A stretch of DNA of 63,934 nucleotides, the filler included, from Choristocarpus tenellus KU-1152 (taxonomy: Eukaryota > Protista > Phaeophyceae), in NCBI GenBank assembly GCA_964200185.2. It is 8 parts of 8 records of this genome, joined end to end, with 100 filler letters (N's around TTAATTAATTAA, not from the genome) between each part and the next. Parts side by side here need not be neighbours in the genome. Positions count along the whole stretch, not along the records: positions 9,282 to 16,327 come from CAXNAD020006795.1; positions 16,428 to 24,154 come from CAXNAD020005676.1; positions 24,255 to 32,166 come from CAXNAD020005406.1; 5 more parts are not named here. One strand, given 5' to 3'. Position numbers and translations under genes: made by a program. Shown one piece after another: positions 12,832-26,582 of this stretch (position 1 is its first letter; every line of letters starts with the position of its first letter). The notes under the pieces were generated by a model. It worked only from the letters and a program-made list of their open reading frames with translations, was not told where the DNA came from and made no database searches.

Positions 12832-14493
12832 AAATGNNNNNNNNNGTAACAAAAAAAAAAAAAAAAAAAAAGGGGGTGTTTGGGGGGGGGGGGGGGGGGA
12901 GGGAGGAGGGTTGTGGATGCATAATGAAGGATTAGAGAGTTTTGTACTCTGTTTTACCCTGCATGGGTAGGAAAAACTCGAGAGTTGTAGGGTATAAGAG
13001 GAAGGGGAGGAGATGTGGAGCCTGAGAAAAAAGGAGAGGACTACTTGTGTATTTAAGGTCATTATCCCGTTGTACTCGAAATACACAAGTAGAGTGTACT
13101 CTTAGTATTTTTATAGTATGTACTTTAAAAAAATTTAAGTACCTAAGGGGTACACGTTTCAAGAATATTGGGGGGAGGGGGGGGGGGATAACTGAACAAA
13201 GAGAACCCACTTTTCTGTAATCATTAGCCATTTACCTTCACACACAAGACAAAAAAACAAAAACAAGACCCAGCCTAAGCAGCATGGAAGCGGTCAAAAG
13301 CATACACTACATTACTACAGTCTGTTGCCCTCAACAGTATTGATAGTCAGATGACCACCATCAGGTGCCTACATTACTATTTAGTCATCACTTGTTGTTC
13401 CAATTATCCAATAGGAGACGCTTGTAGATGACGCTCGTAGATGACCCTCGTAGATGCCCTAATTCAGTTTGAATTGGCTTTTTGTTGTTTATGTAGTGTA
13501 GAACGGTCCAGTGTGAGACAGAAATTATAGCAGGGGCAAGAGCGCACTACTTATACCACCACACCTTATGCACCATAGATGGTCAGTGAAAAAGAAAAGA
13601 TATTTCGAAATATGATCACTATTAATAGTGCTTTTAAAGTATTAGTTATGAGAATGTGTTTTGTTTTTGATAGGGTCATATTGTGTTAATAGTGATACCA
13701 CACGACATAGTACTAGAGAGGCTTAATGGATAGGGTGGGCTATAAAACTAACATCAAGCGGCAGCACTGATTCCTGCATGTTTTCCTGCATGTCCAACTT
13801 CCTATTCATGATGCAGGGAGCACACGATGGAGCTAGCCAAGGGTGATCTGGAGGACGTGGGGCCTGTCTCCCACCTTAAGGCAAGTGATGATAGAATGGG
13901 GATGACTGTGGTACAAGAGGTCATTGGATGTTACTCATTTCCCACTGTACTGTCCTACTGTAGTGTAGTGTACGGTGGTCTTTGAAGACACTCAAGAGTA
14001 CCAAGGAATGACAATTTGATTTCTAGTGAGCAGCTTTTATGTTGATTACATGTACACGGTCTATTGGTGCTAGAAATGAGGAAAGATTGGGCAGTGACAA
14101 CAAACTATACACAGGAGTGCTAGGAATGGCACAATAATCACCTGCCTGCATACCCTGCTCTGAGTCCTTGCCTGTGCCTTCAGAGTGGGAAGGGATGCCA
14201 CAAATTTTCATAGGTATGTGGCCTTGACGTGTGTATGTGGTTGGGACTAAATTACTAATAATATATGTAAACAAGATGGTTGCATCCTCATCAAGTGCTA
14301 CAGGGTGTGGATTTTGGAGGGCATGCCTCAAGAGCAATAGTCACCCCAGGAACCACTACCTTAGGTCACGCAAGAGACACTCCATCTATTCTGTTCCCAC
14401 TGAACTGTCCTGCCCCAGGTTTCTATCTTTCCTGACGGAGGCATTATGAGATTGAGGGCCTTTGGTCAGAGGTTTGTTAACATGAACAAGTGA
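11412..14493 (+). CDS. ALLC: Allantoicase, 5'-partial; exons 11412-11507, 11723-11866, 12520-12596, 13817-13880, 14419-14493
   Basis: Spliced product PGRGVNMGDGWETARNPDRP...GSDWAVLKLGAIGTISRIVVDTNRFKGNFPES...WKCLVPR...GPVSHLK|VSIFPDGGIMRLRAFG* carries the allantoicase motifs MGDGWETAR, DTxxFKGNxP and PDGGxxRLR. Confidence 0.92.
12276..12397. mobile_element. 122-bp putative MITE with perfect 17-bp terminal inverted repeats, in an allantoicase intron
   Basis: atttttaaactatgcct (12276-12292) is the exact reverse complement of aggcatagtttaaaaat (12381-12397). Confidence 0.6.
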
Positions 14494-16427
14494 ACTACAA
14501 CATGACCGTACATCACTACAACAGCAATGCCCACCCTGTATCACAAAGGGATGAGGAGACAGGCAAATTGCCTTGACTGGCCCAGATGCCTGCATTCAGG
14601 ACAAGCCTGTGTGATTGCCATGGAAATAAGAGGGTAAGATTGGTGCTTTTGAGTCAAGTTTTTTTTGTTATGTTTATGCTTTGATATTTTTCAAACCGAG
14701 TAATGTGCACTGCACCAGTCTTGGAGGTTATTTTGGAGTGAAAATAAAAACATGTTTTTGGTTTTCATTTGAAACATTGATTTGGTTTGAGTTTTGAACC
14801 ACACCAGTCAGTCGAGACAATTTATGTATTTTCTTGCTATATCTCTGTCGTCACAGTCAAGACAGGGATAGACTTGAAGCAAGGTAGCAGGCAAAGTGTT
14901 GCCTGGTTGACACCAAAACATGTTTGTGGTGTACAGGATGTATGGTGTTTTTATTCTGAGGATAAGCAGAACTTGATTTTCTCCTTTTTTAGGTATATTG
15001 AGTACGTATCTCAACCCACTGTTGCCAGTATGATGTATGACCAGTAGTATTACCAGTAGGTAACGGCACTTTTGGAAATATGCTGCTCTCTGTACTCTAT
15101 CAGTTGTGCTTTTGTAACCTGGTATGACATGAACATTGTGTCACTGCAAAGTACTCCGAAGTCGATAAATCGGTCACTTCCGGAGTGGTGAGGCCTGGCT
15201 ATCACAGTATGAGTATATATAATATACAATCAACAATTCTTGGTATGACTTTGTGGAATGCCTATAAAGAGGGTCAATGGATGCAGTGACATAGAGTCGA
15301 TCATACCTTCATAGTTTCTTTGTCCTGTCCCTTCTGGTGCATATCCTTTACTCTTCATGACTCTGCATACATCTGCAACCATCAAGATCGAGGCTCTACT
15401 TCCCTTTCTCTGCTCTTTATGAAGTGTGTGACATTGTAGCATGTGGCTGCCTTGCAGCTTGGGCATTTCACCCGTTAGATAGTTCATGGACAAATAAAAT
15501 ACTAAGTATGAGCTTCGTTGAGACATCAACACTTGAGACCAGCCGTATTTGCTAGGTGGCTATATTTGTCCTCCTCTTTCCCATTATGCACAGACTACAA
15601 AGCTCCTGCCTTTCCTCCTCATGCTGCTGGAGTACTGCTGGTACCTAGTGGCGACTGTTCTCTCTGGTTGTGTTGATTAGAGTGTGTTCCTTAGTCTTCC
15701 ACCAACGATTTCCACGCGAGTCCAAAGGTCCGATAAGGAAGAGAGTCCTTATCGTCGTGTGCCTACATAAACTTTGAACGACACTGTCGTGTAGTTCATT
15801 TCGAGTGACAGAACATACGTTGCAAGAGTACTTTTTGGGGAGAAGACTGCCTCCAAATTCCACATTCTGGCAGGTTTAGAGGTACTTCATCGCACAAAGA
15901 ACATATGATGGGAGCAGAGGGGCAGACAGTTAGCGACAGTAAACGAACATCGATCTTTGATATCGCCGAGCAACCGAGCACAAACCAAGCCAGATATCAT
16001 CGTATGATATCCCCAAGGGCTGCTCCACTATCCAGTGAGTGTGTGGTAATGGGTGGAAGTGAAGAGAAGCGCCATGGATTCTGGAAAAGTTCAAATATTA
16101 CCGAGGTCACCGCTGTGTGATGCAGTGTGTGACAGGGAACACAACACCTACAACTGAATCCATAACAACGTCAGGATTACAGTTGACACTGATCAATTCA
16201 ATCGTACATCAATATCTCTAGTGAAAGCTTAAGATTAGTACAAGGAACATACCCTTAGATATAACAGTGGATTTAAAAAATTGAGGATGGAGCGTACTAT
16301 TGAGGATGGTTTTGACCGAAAATGGTGNNNNNNNNNNNNNNNNNNNNNNNNNNNNNNNNNNNNNNNNNNNNTTAATTAATTAANNNNNNNNNNNNNNNNN
16401 NNNNNNNNNNNNNNNNNNNNNNNNNNN

Positions 16428-16575
16428 GGGTCTACATCAGAGTGTCCATTTGGTTCAAAATCAGGAAAAGTGCATTTACATTATCCATCCGACGTATGCA
16501 CCAAATCACCCAAAAATCGCGACATAACAGAATTGACCCCAAATGGACAGCTGCCATCCCCCCCCCCAGATAATT
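16428..16575 (+). mobile_element. MITE family A copy (left end lost at contig start)
   Basis: Interior gtgtccatttgg...caggaaaagtgcatttacattatccatccgacg...aaatggacag...(C)n agata matches the other copies. Confidence 0.85.
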
Positions 16576-16583
16576 ACTCTCAA

Positions 16584-16762
16584 GACCCAAAGTATCTGTG
16601 GAGAGGGGGGGGCGGTCTACACCTGGGTGTCCATTTAGTCCAAATCAGGAAAAGTGCATTTACATTATCCATCCGACGTATGCAACCAAAACAAAAAACT
16701 CCCGACATGAAAAAATTGACCCCAAATGAACAGTCGCTACCCCCCCCCAGATACTTTGAGCC
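16584..16762 (+). mobile_element. MITE family A, full length, TSD TCAA
   Basis: TIRs GACCCAAAGTATCTG...CAGATACTTTGAGCC, flanked by tcaa at 16580-16583 and 16763-16766. Confidence 0.9.
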
Positions 16763-19700
16763 TCAAGCGTGTGGCTATGGGCGAGCTGATTGGTGACGTC
16801 CTCCCAGAGCCCTCGCATGTAACGCTCGGACACTCCACTGTGAGGGCTGGCCCAACGTGTTGCGGCAGTTTATGCTCACCAGGGACCATCGTGAAGGCAT
16901 GCCGCACTGCAAACGCAACTCCGGTATTCAGGGACACTTGGGGACCCTTCCTACGTGGGGGGGTCGACGGGGGGGTTGCCATGCCGACGTTCTGACCCTT
17001 GGTGTGCCCAGTTCTGGCCTCAAAATCACCCCCAAATATCCCTACTTTGACGGCCTTAAGCACCTCGAGTTTATACCTGATGATCCTCGACCCCCACCTT
17101 TTCTGAAAGCTGAGATTGTCAACCCGATTTCATTCTGTGGGGTTATTGTCCAATTTGACACTGTCCTCGCTTGGCGAGCCCAAATGTTTCCTGGCAAAAA
17201 CTTAAGGCACAGAGGTAGTATGATAGTATAGTTCGTATGGAGGTCAGATTTCCACAAACACCTTGACTTCAAAAACAAAAAACTCTCTCAAGCGCGAAAA
17301 GCAAGGAGTCGGAATGTGCACCTTTCTCTCCTCTCCGGTTTGAACCCCAACCCCTCAGGGGTCCAGCCTGTCCGATTGGGGGCGTATTTATACATTTGCT
17401 GTTTGGTATTATTTATTATTACCATCATTACTATTATTTATATTTTATTATTATTATCATTGCTTTCGTTGTTAAAATTAATAGTGATTTTATACACAGG
17501 TTCCTTCTATTGAATCTCCCACACACAATATTTTATGGATATGGCGCGCAGTCATATACATTTGAGCGCGTCACCTTTTGCTATTGAGGCTAGTGATGTG
17601 GCGTGGGTCACAAGCATGACCAGTTGGTGGTAACCCCAACATGAACGGTGGATTCAAACCAGCAAAGCCCGAAATAGTGTTTCCTGTTCTGAGTGGTCAC
17701 ACAACCAATCACGGCGGAGATTGATCCGCATGCCACCTCTTAGGCTGTCAACATACGCCCAGTATGCCTCGATCTCATCTCTCACTTCCTTTCAGAACCT
17801 CATCTCTGGCGGTTTTCATCAACCCCCATAACACAGAACGAGACCCTGTAACAAGTAGTATACGAGTATGGTATTATTAATGATATTCTTCACATTTGCC
17901 TATGAGGTCACAGACCCTTCATCGAAAAACAGTACAAAGAAGGCTACACAGTTTGCTTGTCACGGATGGGTTCCTTGTTTGGCATCTCCCACGCACGCAT
18001 TTTGTGGATATGCGCGCGCCAACCACGTTACTTAAACTTCCCATATCGACCAGTCCACAACACCAGACACAACCATAAGATACGGATTTAACCAAACAGT
18101 CAGAAGGACTGTCAGAACGAAGATCCATTCCGATTCTGACTGATCCATTTCCCTGATGTGACGTTGCTCAATCATTCTGTGACATATGTTGTGCGCTAAG
18201 ATTTTGGTTCTGAATTTCCTCAACTGACTTTGAGATGCTGGGCCAAGACCTGTGAAACTCGGTCTCGCCCTCTGTTGTGGAAGAGTTCAGTCTGGCCATT
18301 GTGATTGCCCCCTTTTGGAGAGAGCCTTCCTGTCTTGACACTCCCACAGAAGACATTACATTTTGCTTGAGAAATATACGAACACTATATAAGGAATTAC
18401 AAAAAAACAGTGAAAGAAGAAAGAAAAAAGGAAGAAAAAAACAATACCAACCTGGAGGTAAATGCACTAAGACACACACAAAATTAGGTCACATCAGTTC
18501 CATCGAGGCTAAGAAACAAAACTGATCATACATCACATGAAAGAAAGAAATGGTCGTGTGATCGTTTTTGGGCTACCTCAGATCTTGCTTTTAGCATGAC
18601 GTAAATATAAACTATCATGGTTTCCTAATGTCACTCCTCCATGAGGCGTACTGTGCTGGCAGGCACATATAATAATGTACTCTATATACATGTCCATGTA
18701 TCCGTATAATATTCTGACTACAGGGTTCCTTATGATACTGGTTTCACTCTTTACCTGACGCATCTACAACATTTCAGAGCTGAGAGTAATTATGATGTAT
18801 AGGAAGATGGAGGCCAAGCAAAACAACAAATGTACCCTTTTTTGACGTGAGGAGGCGTCTGTGTACCTATTTTTGAAGAGATCCGCGACATCACACACTG
18901 CATCCATCGCGACAGCTCCCATATCGTTAATCTCTTTAGGTCATTTAATCAAAGTTGATTGTGTTAACCATTCACACCTGATTTTGGACACCTTAAACGA
19001 GGGCACAGCATCTATGGTGGATGTCCACGTCCTCCGTGTTTGGAGCTATGAGGAGAGCTTATACATGCCTTCATCAACATCCTGCATTGGGTTCATCAGA
19101 ACGGCGCATCCAGGAAGCGCCGATGAAGTCCTGACATAGATTTGGTGTGGTGAAGAAATTGTTATGAGGCGCATCACCGATCCTGATGTGCAAGTGTGGG
19201 TACTACAAAGAGTAAGAACGGTGCAGGTGTGTTTGGGATTTGTTGTACTGTTTGGGTTAAATGCATAGCGTTAGACCACTCCGTTGGCCACTGATTTCTT
19301 CCTGGGTGGAAATCAGAAAATTTTCAAATAAGTGGGTGACCCCTGAGTAAATATCCCCAACATAAAATACTGACACATTCAATCATTCACTTCACATGCC
19401 GTTGTAGTATGCATATGGAATGTATAGCATCCTATCCATACTACCCTCATCATTTTGTTGACAGAAATCATAGGTTCCTGGAATAGTCAGCAGCTAGCTC
19501 ATCAGCACAGCCTCTATCCAGAGCTCTTAACACAATCAGCGGATTCTCAGTAAGGTATATTGATGGTTCAGACGGATTTAAAACTCTGGTTGGACTTCGC
19601 AACCCAATCGCTAAAGAAAACATGATTGATTTGTGTGTGGGTATCATAAGATGAGTATATAATATATATACTGAAGCCAATAATGTACGACCTGTAGATA

Positions 19701-20021
19701 GATGCTCCCCCATGCCAACATGTGTGTACAAAATGCTATTGGGATAAAATGATGCGCGATATACATAAAAAAAAGAAAAATCTGCAATAAAACAGCAGAA
19801 AAAATATAAATAAACATCTTAAACCTCACAGAAGAGAAAGAATAGACAGTAGATACCTATACAACAGTAGGAGTATATTAGTAATAACAACACATCCCTG
19901 GAAGCATTCACTTACATATGCCCTCGTGCAGACTGGATGCGACCTTATCAAGCCAGGTGTTTCTTCGACAATGAAGATGAACGACAATTGCATGAATTGA
20001 AGATGAATGACTACCCCGCAT

Positions 20022-20201
20022 GACCCAAAGTATCTGTGGGGGGGGGAAGGGGTCTGCACCAGGGTGTCCATTTGGACCATGACCAGGAAAAGTGCACTTA
20101 CATTATCCATCCAACATATGCAACCGAATCACCCAAAAATCGCAAGATAAAAAATTGGCCCCAAATGGACAGCCACCACCCCCTCCCACATACTTTGAGC
20201 C
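20022..20201 (+). mobile_element. MITE family A, full length, TSD GCAT
   Basis: TIRs GACCCAAAGTATCTGTGGG...CCCACATACTTTGAGCC, flanked by gcat at 20018-20021 and 20202-20205. Confidence 0.9.
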
Positions 20202-22129
20202 GCATCCTGATGCTTGAAGAAAACGTAAAGGGGATACCATCTAAGGGGTTGGTGCTATTGAGTGTTAGGGACCCTCGTGACTGCATTATGGTCCATACAT
20301 GTGTTCAAGCGTTGTGAAGGGCAACTTCGGCTATCACTATGTTCACATCTAATTCTCTTCTACAACCACACCCTCCAAGGGAGGTCAACTGCGTTTCAGG
20401 TATATGAGCATGATGATATATAGTACTCCGTATTCCACAAGGTTTTAAAAATACCTTGAACTCAATGGGGGCAAGATTGACCCATCACTTAGGTGTGATT
20501 TCACGTATATTTGCAGGGGTAAAACGGGGTCAGGATGGTGGACATGGTGGGCATGTTTCCAAGATGATGGTCTGCATCTTGGGATCCTTAGTGGTTATGT
20601 GGTGGTGTACAAGGAATGCATAAACTGATCTGAGTGGGGTTAGAAATAGATGTGTTGAGAATGAAGCCAAGCACTTGATAAACAGCTACCTACCTAGCTA
20701 GGGTGCCACAGTGCCAAAACACTGCAGCGAGAGGAGCTGAGTTCACAAGTACGCATGCTACAGTTGTTTTTTCTTATCTTTTTGTCTTAATTTTCCCTGA
20801 ACAATAACATCTCCTAAAATGTCAGTGTGGATACAAAATATACTGCAACAAAATACCAAGTACGAGAGAATACTATTACGGTCAGTGACATTTTGAGAGA
20901 GATGTTGTGATGTAGGGAAAAAGAAGAAAGAAAATACGCAACCAACACAATAACAATATCCAACTTCATGCACGGAATATGTGCCAACAGTTTCTACTTT
21001 TATTTTCATCAAAATTATAGTCTGTATTTCTATTAGGAAAGTCAGTGAGGTACCCAAACAAGAATTGTTGTAGAAGTGAATTTCGAAACAAGAAAAAAAT
21101 GGAAACCATGATTGAAACTGGTCCTACACTGTCACTACAAAGGTTATCAAGACACAGAAAGGGATCTCACAAGTCCGTCAAGACCTTTCTAGCCCACCGA
21201 CCAGGTGTCTCTAGTTTAATACGCGTGACTCCCCCGGAGATATCAACAATCAATAATGAGCTATCTAGTCAATAAGATGGACATTGAAATACTTCCACAA
21301 AAAAACGATGAAAATTTGATTCCATCTTGTGCATTTATAATTTAACCTGTCTTACATACTGTTCAAACTAATACTAAAAAACAGAGGAAGCATTTTACCA
21401 TAGTGCGCCCACTGCTTTGGAGATATTACCCCTCTAGGTATTCTATTTTGTTTAGTTTATTTCTTCGATATGCGGTGTTTGGGTGAATGTATGCCCCCCT
21501 GAGGTTCGATCCTTGATGCTTGTGGTTTTGAATGATGTTCATATTTTGCTGGGTGCTAATTGCGAATGGGTGTGTCTTTCTTTATCCCTCCTTTTCAAAC
21601 ATAGAAGTTTTTATAAATTGGAGAGCGTAACACCTACAACATGCCACAAGTTAACTTTCTAGTGTCCTGCTCAACAAAGCATTATCTCGACAACAAAAGA
21701 CGACATGATGATATAGAGAAACGGCCACGAAAGTATTGTCCTGGACAACAGATGTTACAGACGGAATTGGCTCAAGCGTTTGCCTATGACCCTGAGGTTT
21801 GTTCTGGGCAAAAAACAAATGTTACAGAGCGAGTGTTTCCAAGAGCTATTCAAGACAACGGACCTTACTTACGTAGCAAACGGATCCTAGCGTTTGCTGA
21901 GCGAGCGACTATATTGACCAGATGGGCTTGAGATTTTGTTGGACAACAGACTATGAACTATGAGCATGTGGAAGGATATATATTTTTTCCTTCTTGTAAT
22001 ATTTATTCTTCGGAAAAATTCTTCCCATTTACCCCTTTCTCTGCTTTGAAACTATTACGACACTAATTTGAGAAATAAAAAATATGGCAAGTGGGGGCAG
22101 GTTTGGACCCTTTTGCATAAGCCACATTT

Positions 22130-22305
22130 CTTACCCTGGGCAATGCACTCTATTTCATTGCTTTATGTGAGTGATAGTGTGCGCAAAATCGATATCCCCC
22201 TTCTTTCCACACATAAAGTGACACCACAATTGAGCAAGGACTTTTTCTACAATTGTACAGAATGATATCCTTTTGCCCTTTCTCGGTATCCTTAAAATGC
22301 AACCC
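22130..22305 (+). repeat. Dispersed repeat family C, copy 2
   Basis: Aligns with 23446-23608 and the reverse complement of 6784-6932. Confidence 0.85.
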
Positions 22306-23445
22306 TGCCGACCTCTCAGTCGGTTTGGCTCATTATATGGATCCATAGAAACGTCTAAAACATTTTTTTTTGTACATCACGAAAAGTGTCCTTCGCTCAA
22401 TCCTGGTGAGTGCTTTTGTCTATCTCTATTAACCAGTGACACCTTTTGGGGAGACTCCTATTTTGCACAGAAAACATGAAAATATGGTGCAAATGACCAA
22501 AGAAGGGCGCCGAACAATACCCTGACTACAGATGCCACGTGCAATCCTCACACTAGACAACAGATGTACCATAGAGCAACTGGTCCCCACACCTTGTCCA
22601 GATAATCAGCATATTGAGCGAAATGACGTGAGTTGTCATGGATAGAGATGGATGTCATAGATCAAATACAGTACAATAATAGCATTCCGAGGAATTGTAA
22701 CCCTGGCATTGAGCTTACTACCTCGCCCCCAAGCACCAAAGACACTCATAATTTCTTCATTGAATACAAAACAATACTCCACCTAATTTCTCACAAGGTC
22801 GAACTATTGAGGGACTACATTGGGGATTAGGGGAGTTTTACGCCTATGTAATATATATATCTAATGATATGTTCCCTTATTTCTTACCTCATCCGAAACA
22901 CCGGACTGTGCAGCTGTACATACAGTATCTTAAATTTCGTTATCCCATCTGAAACGCAGTGTGCAGATATCACACCACCTTAACTTTTTGCAGGCTACAG
23001 TGTGTACCTGTTTCTGCTTGAACCAATTGCTGTATCTCTTTTTGAAAAGCAACATATGCAATAACTGGAATGATCTATTTATCACGCTGAGTCAATAGAT
23101 GCAGCTACTTACTACCTCAGCGTAACTCTGATGTCCATCCTCTCGACCTGTTAACTAGCAGAATGATACGGATAAAAATGAGGCAAAAGATTTAAGGGGG
23201 GTACTGTTGTAACAGCCATCCGAGGACAACCCTTGGTTTTTGATACACTGAGAAGATAGGATGTGCCAGAGATATAGATGTAGCCCAAAGGCCAAGCCCT
23301 CTAATATTTGACATGGAATCCGTGATTGCCAACTACTTCGTCCTACTAAATAATTCGTGGGTTCGTGTAAGGGTTGAAGTTATGCCGCTGATGGTATGAG
23401 TGTCATCTTGAGGCAATACATATTTTGTGCAATACATATTTTGTG

Positions 23446-23608
23446 CAATACATCCTATTTCATTGCTCTATGTGCACAATAGTGTACTCAAAGTTGATAT
23501 TCCCTGGTTCCGCACACAAAGTTACACCACCAATCAGCAAAGGCTCTTTCTGCAATTTGTACAAAACTGCGTATTTTTGCCATTTCCTGGGATCCTTAAA
23601 AGAAACCT
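23446..23608 (+). repeat. Dispersed repeat family C, copy 3
   Basis: Aligns with 22130-22305, including the atccttaaaa...aacc end. Confidence 0.85.
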
Positions 23609-24254
23609 CGTGTAGCTCTAAACTACTTACACTCTGGTTCCTTTCACTATCATACTATACCAACTATGCCATTTCTAAACTCCAATCCCCCAGATGCAAA
23701 TAATCTGGTTAACCCGAAGCATCCCGTTACCCCTCCAATGGCAGCATTAAATGCGACGAACTTCTTAGATGGAAGACATGGTGATAAACAAAGTTGCCTC
23801 TCCTTTTGAGTATGCTGTAAGTGAAAAGAGTCGATTGCTTAATACATAATCACACTTGACACTGCAGATTGTGCTGCATTCCACAAATTGAGTGCAAAAC
23901 ATGTATGCATTCAAGAAGTGTAAATATCTTCAGTGTTCAACTTGAAGTACGAGGCTCATAAGCTGATAAATATCTCATAAATTATTACATAGCACACGGT
24001 TATCCATCATCCAGTATGTCATCCAGCCACTGCTCAAGGTCCTGTTCACCCTCCCTTGCATCCCCCAAGACAACACCCCTGCTTTCCCCAACATCACTCC
24101 CCCCCCCCCCACTTCCAAAGGTGCCACCAACAGTGACAGCTGGGATTGTCTCTTNNNNNNNNNNNNNNNNNNNNNNNNNNNNNNNNNNNNNNNNNNNNTT
24201 AATTAATTAANNNNNNNNNNNNNNNNNNNNNNNNNNNNNNNNNNNNNNNNNNNN

Positions 24255-26472
24255 GGGGGGGGGGGGGGGGGGGGGCCAGGGGGCCAGGAGGCATGGAGGA
24301 AGTTGAGAGCGTGTTCATCATTGGTGATACTGAGAGTGAGGCGAGCGAGGTATGATCTCAGTTGTGTTTAACGGATATTTTGGGATTGTGGATTAGTAGG
24401 ATTTTTCTGTCATGAGTTCACACTATTAGCAGGGTGTACCTGGCAGGAGAGCATAAGAGCTGTTACCCTGTAAGCTGAAAACATATTCTTCCTTCTGTGT
24501 TAGGGAGAGGTGGGGAGTTGGTACTTTTTTTGAGGTGGCCGGGTGGTATGTGTGTAGCAGATTTTATTCTGTTGATGGAAATGGTAAGTTTTTCATTGAG
24601 CAGCGATGCTGCCAAAGGAACTCTGCTTTGAATATTTTGTCGAGGAAGATTTGATGGAGTTCTATCTAAGATAAAACAACTCGTGAATTATTTAGTTGCC
24701 AAGTGTGAATTATTTAGTCAAGCAGTAAGTGTGTACGCAAAAGGGTGGACACTGGGTCAAATGTACTACACTATATTCAAGTACTTTTTCGTGCCATTAT
24801 CTACGCTTTGTAAATGCCAATCCAGGGTATGACTTTGCAGAGGGTACACGTATACTCTGAAATGCATCCAAACTTGGTTATTTTTACGTGGAACATTTCC
24901 TCTTTCAGTGGGCTCAACAATTTGATCACATCTATTGCAACCTTAACGGGGGTGAGAAGAGTTTCACTGTGACCTGTAAATGGGCAGAGACTTTAGCACA
25001 AGCACCTCAATTATTGCTTTCTACCAACAGTTTCATATTACTGTACACGGAAGAAAGGCGTTTTGAGGGTGGTTTTTCCAGGCGGGTGCTTCCGACTGTT
25101 TCGAAAATCTATACATGGCAGGAGATAGTGGAAATTTGGGGGGGAAGAAGGGCTGCGGCACTGCTGGGTTACATCATGACCGATGATTACATGCTGTTTT
25201 GATGTTTCCCTGTACTGTGCTGTTACTACAACCTTTTAGTGGAGGCATGTAACAAATTCAGCCTGTGTAAATACCGTTAGAAATGGTGGGGAAAGAAGAC
25301 AGTCACCAGTGAGAAAAGATGAGAATAGAATCGTTATCTTGCTGCTGCAAGAGCTGTTGCATCTACTGTTAATTGTATATTTTTGAAGTATTGATGTATC
25401 CAGCAGCAGGATGGAGGGGGTTCTGCTGTGCTTTTATCTTTCTAGCCCTGACGTCTAAATGTGGACATCACAAGTGTTCCAATAAATCGCAATTGTCACC
25501 ACAGTTTTCATGAGATTGATTCACCACCTATTTCCATGCTTCGGTTGTGGATTGGCAGAGATTCATCACTACCACTGATGTCCTTCCTTTTTAAAAATCT
25601 AATCTACTCCAGAGTAGATGTAAGCTGTAACACCTTGGAAAATAGGTCATGCAACGATATCCTTTGTTGGAATGGGGAATTGAGCCCCAAAACCATCAAA
25701 AAGCTATAACTATAAATGGGTTCATGTTTTTCCACTGTTTGTCCTGTGGAGGTAATGTCCTTGTCCTCTCTTGCGCCATAGGAGAGGCTTCAGTTTGCCT
25801 TTCCCCAAAACATGTGTTGTGATTGGGTATGACTACTGGTGGGTGTAACTGTCATTAACGTCTCCTAGTCTCTCTTTTGTGTTGGTGGGGGGTGTACATT
25901 TTTCTCTCACAGAGCGCTCCAGAAAGCGACTTTGAGGGTTTTGATGGAGAGATGCCTGGAATGATGCGCAAGCTGGGAGGGGAGAGGAGTGAAGCAGAGA
26001 AGCAGCTGGCCTTGCTAGAGCACAGCCTGAGTGGGCAGGTCAAGGGCAGCACTATGGTGGGTAAATGACTGTGGTACTTATTTTGAAAGCCTTGTTACTT
26101 GGTGTACCCTTTGCTGCAAAAAAGTTAATTCTCTTTTTTGAACCTGAAAGGTATGTTGATGGCATGGTCCGATTTTATTCTTCGCCGGCAATCTTGTGAT
26201 TTCACCTCTGTGCAGTAAGAAAACCTGAGTTGCACCATGTACCAATACTACAAGAAGTAGTTGCACCATGTACCAATACTACAAGAAGTAGTTGTTTCAT
26301 GCGGTTCTGTGGTAGGCTTATGATCTGATCCGATCTAATACCAATAGATTAGTATTTTCTGTTGGTACCAATAAAGATTCCTAGGCTTGTTGATTGTATT
26401 TGAGATTCTGAGCTCACAACTGAACCTAGTCCAAGTGTAAAGGTGCACTTTCTTTATCAATAGTATTTATTG

Positions 26473-26504
<32 letters not shown>

Positions 26505-26551
26505 TTTAAATCTCCGTCTCTCTCCTCTTCAATTGAGATTTTTGTATTTTC

Positions 26552-26582
<31 letters not shown>

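Noticed and set aside
21480-21520. B-box-like GGTTCGATCC suggesting a tRNA or SINE
   Set aside because: No cloverleaf and no properly spaced A-box.
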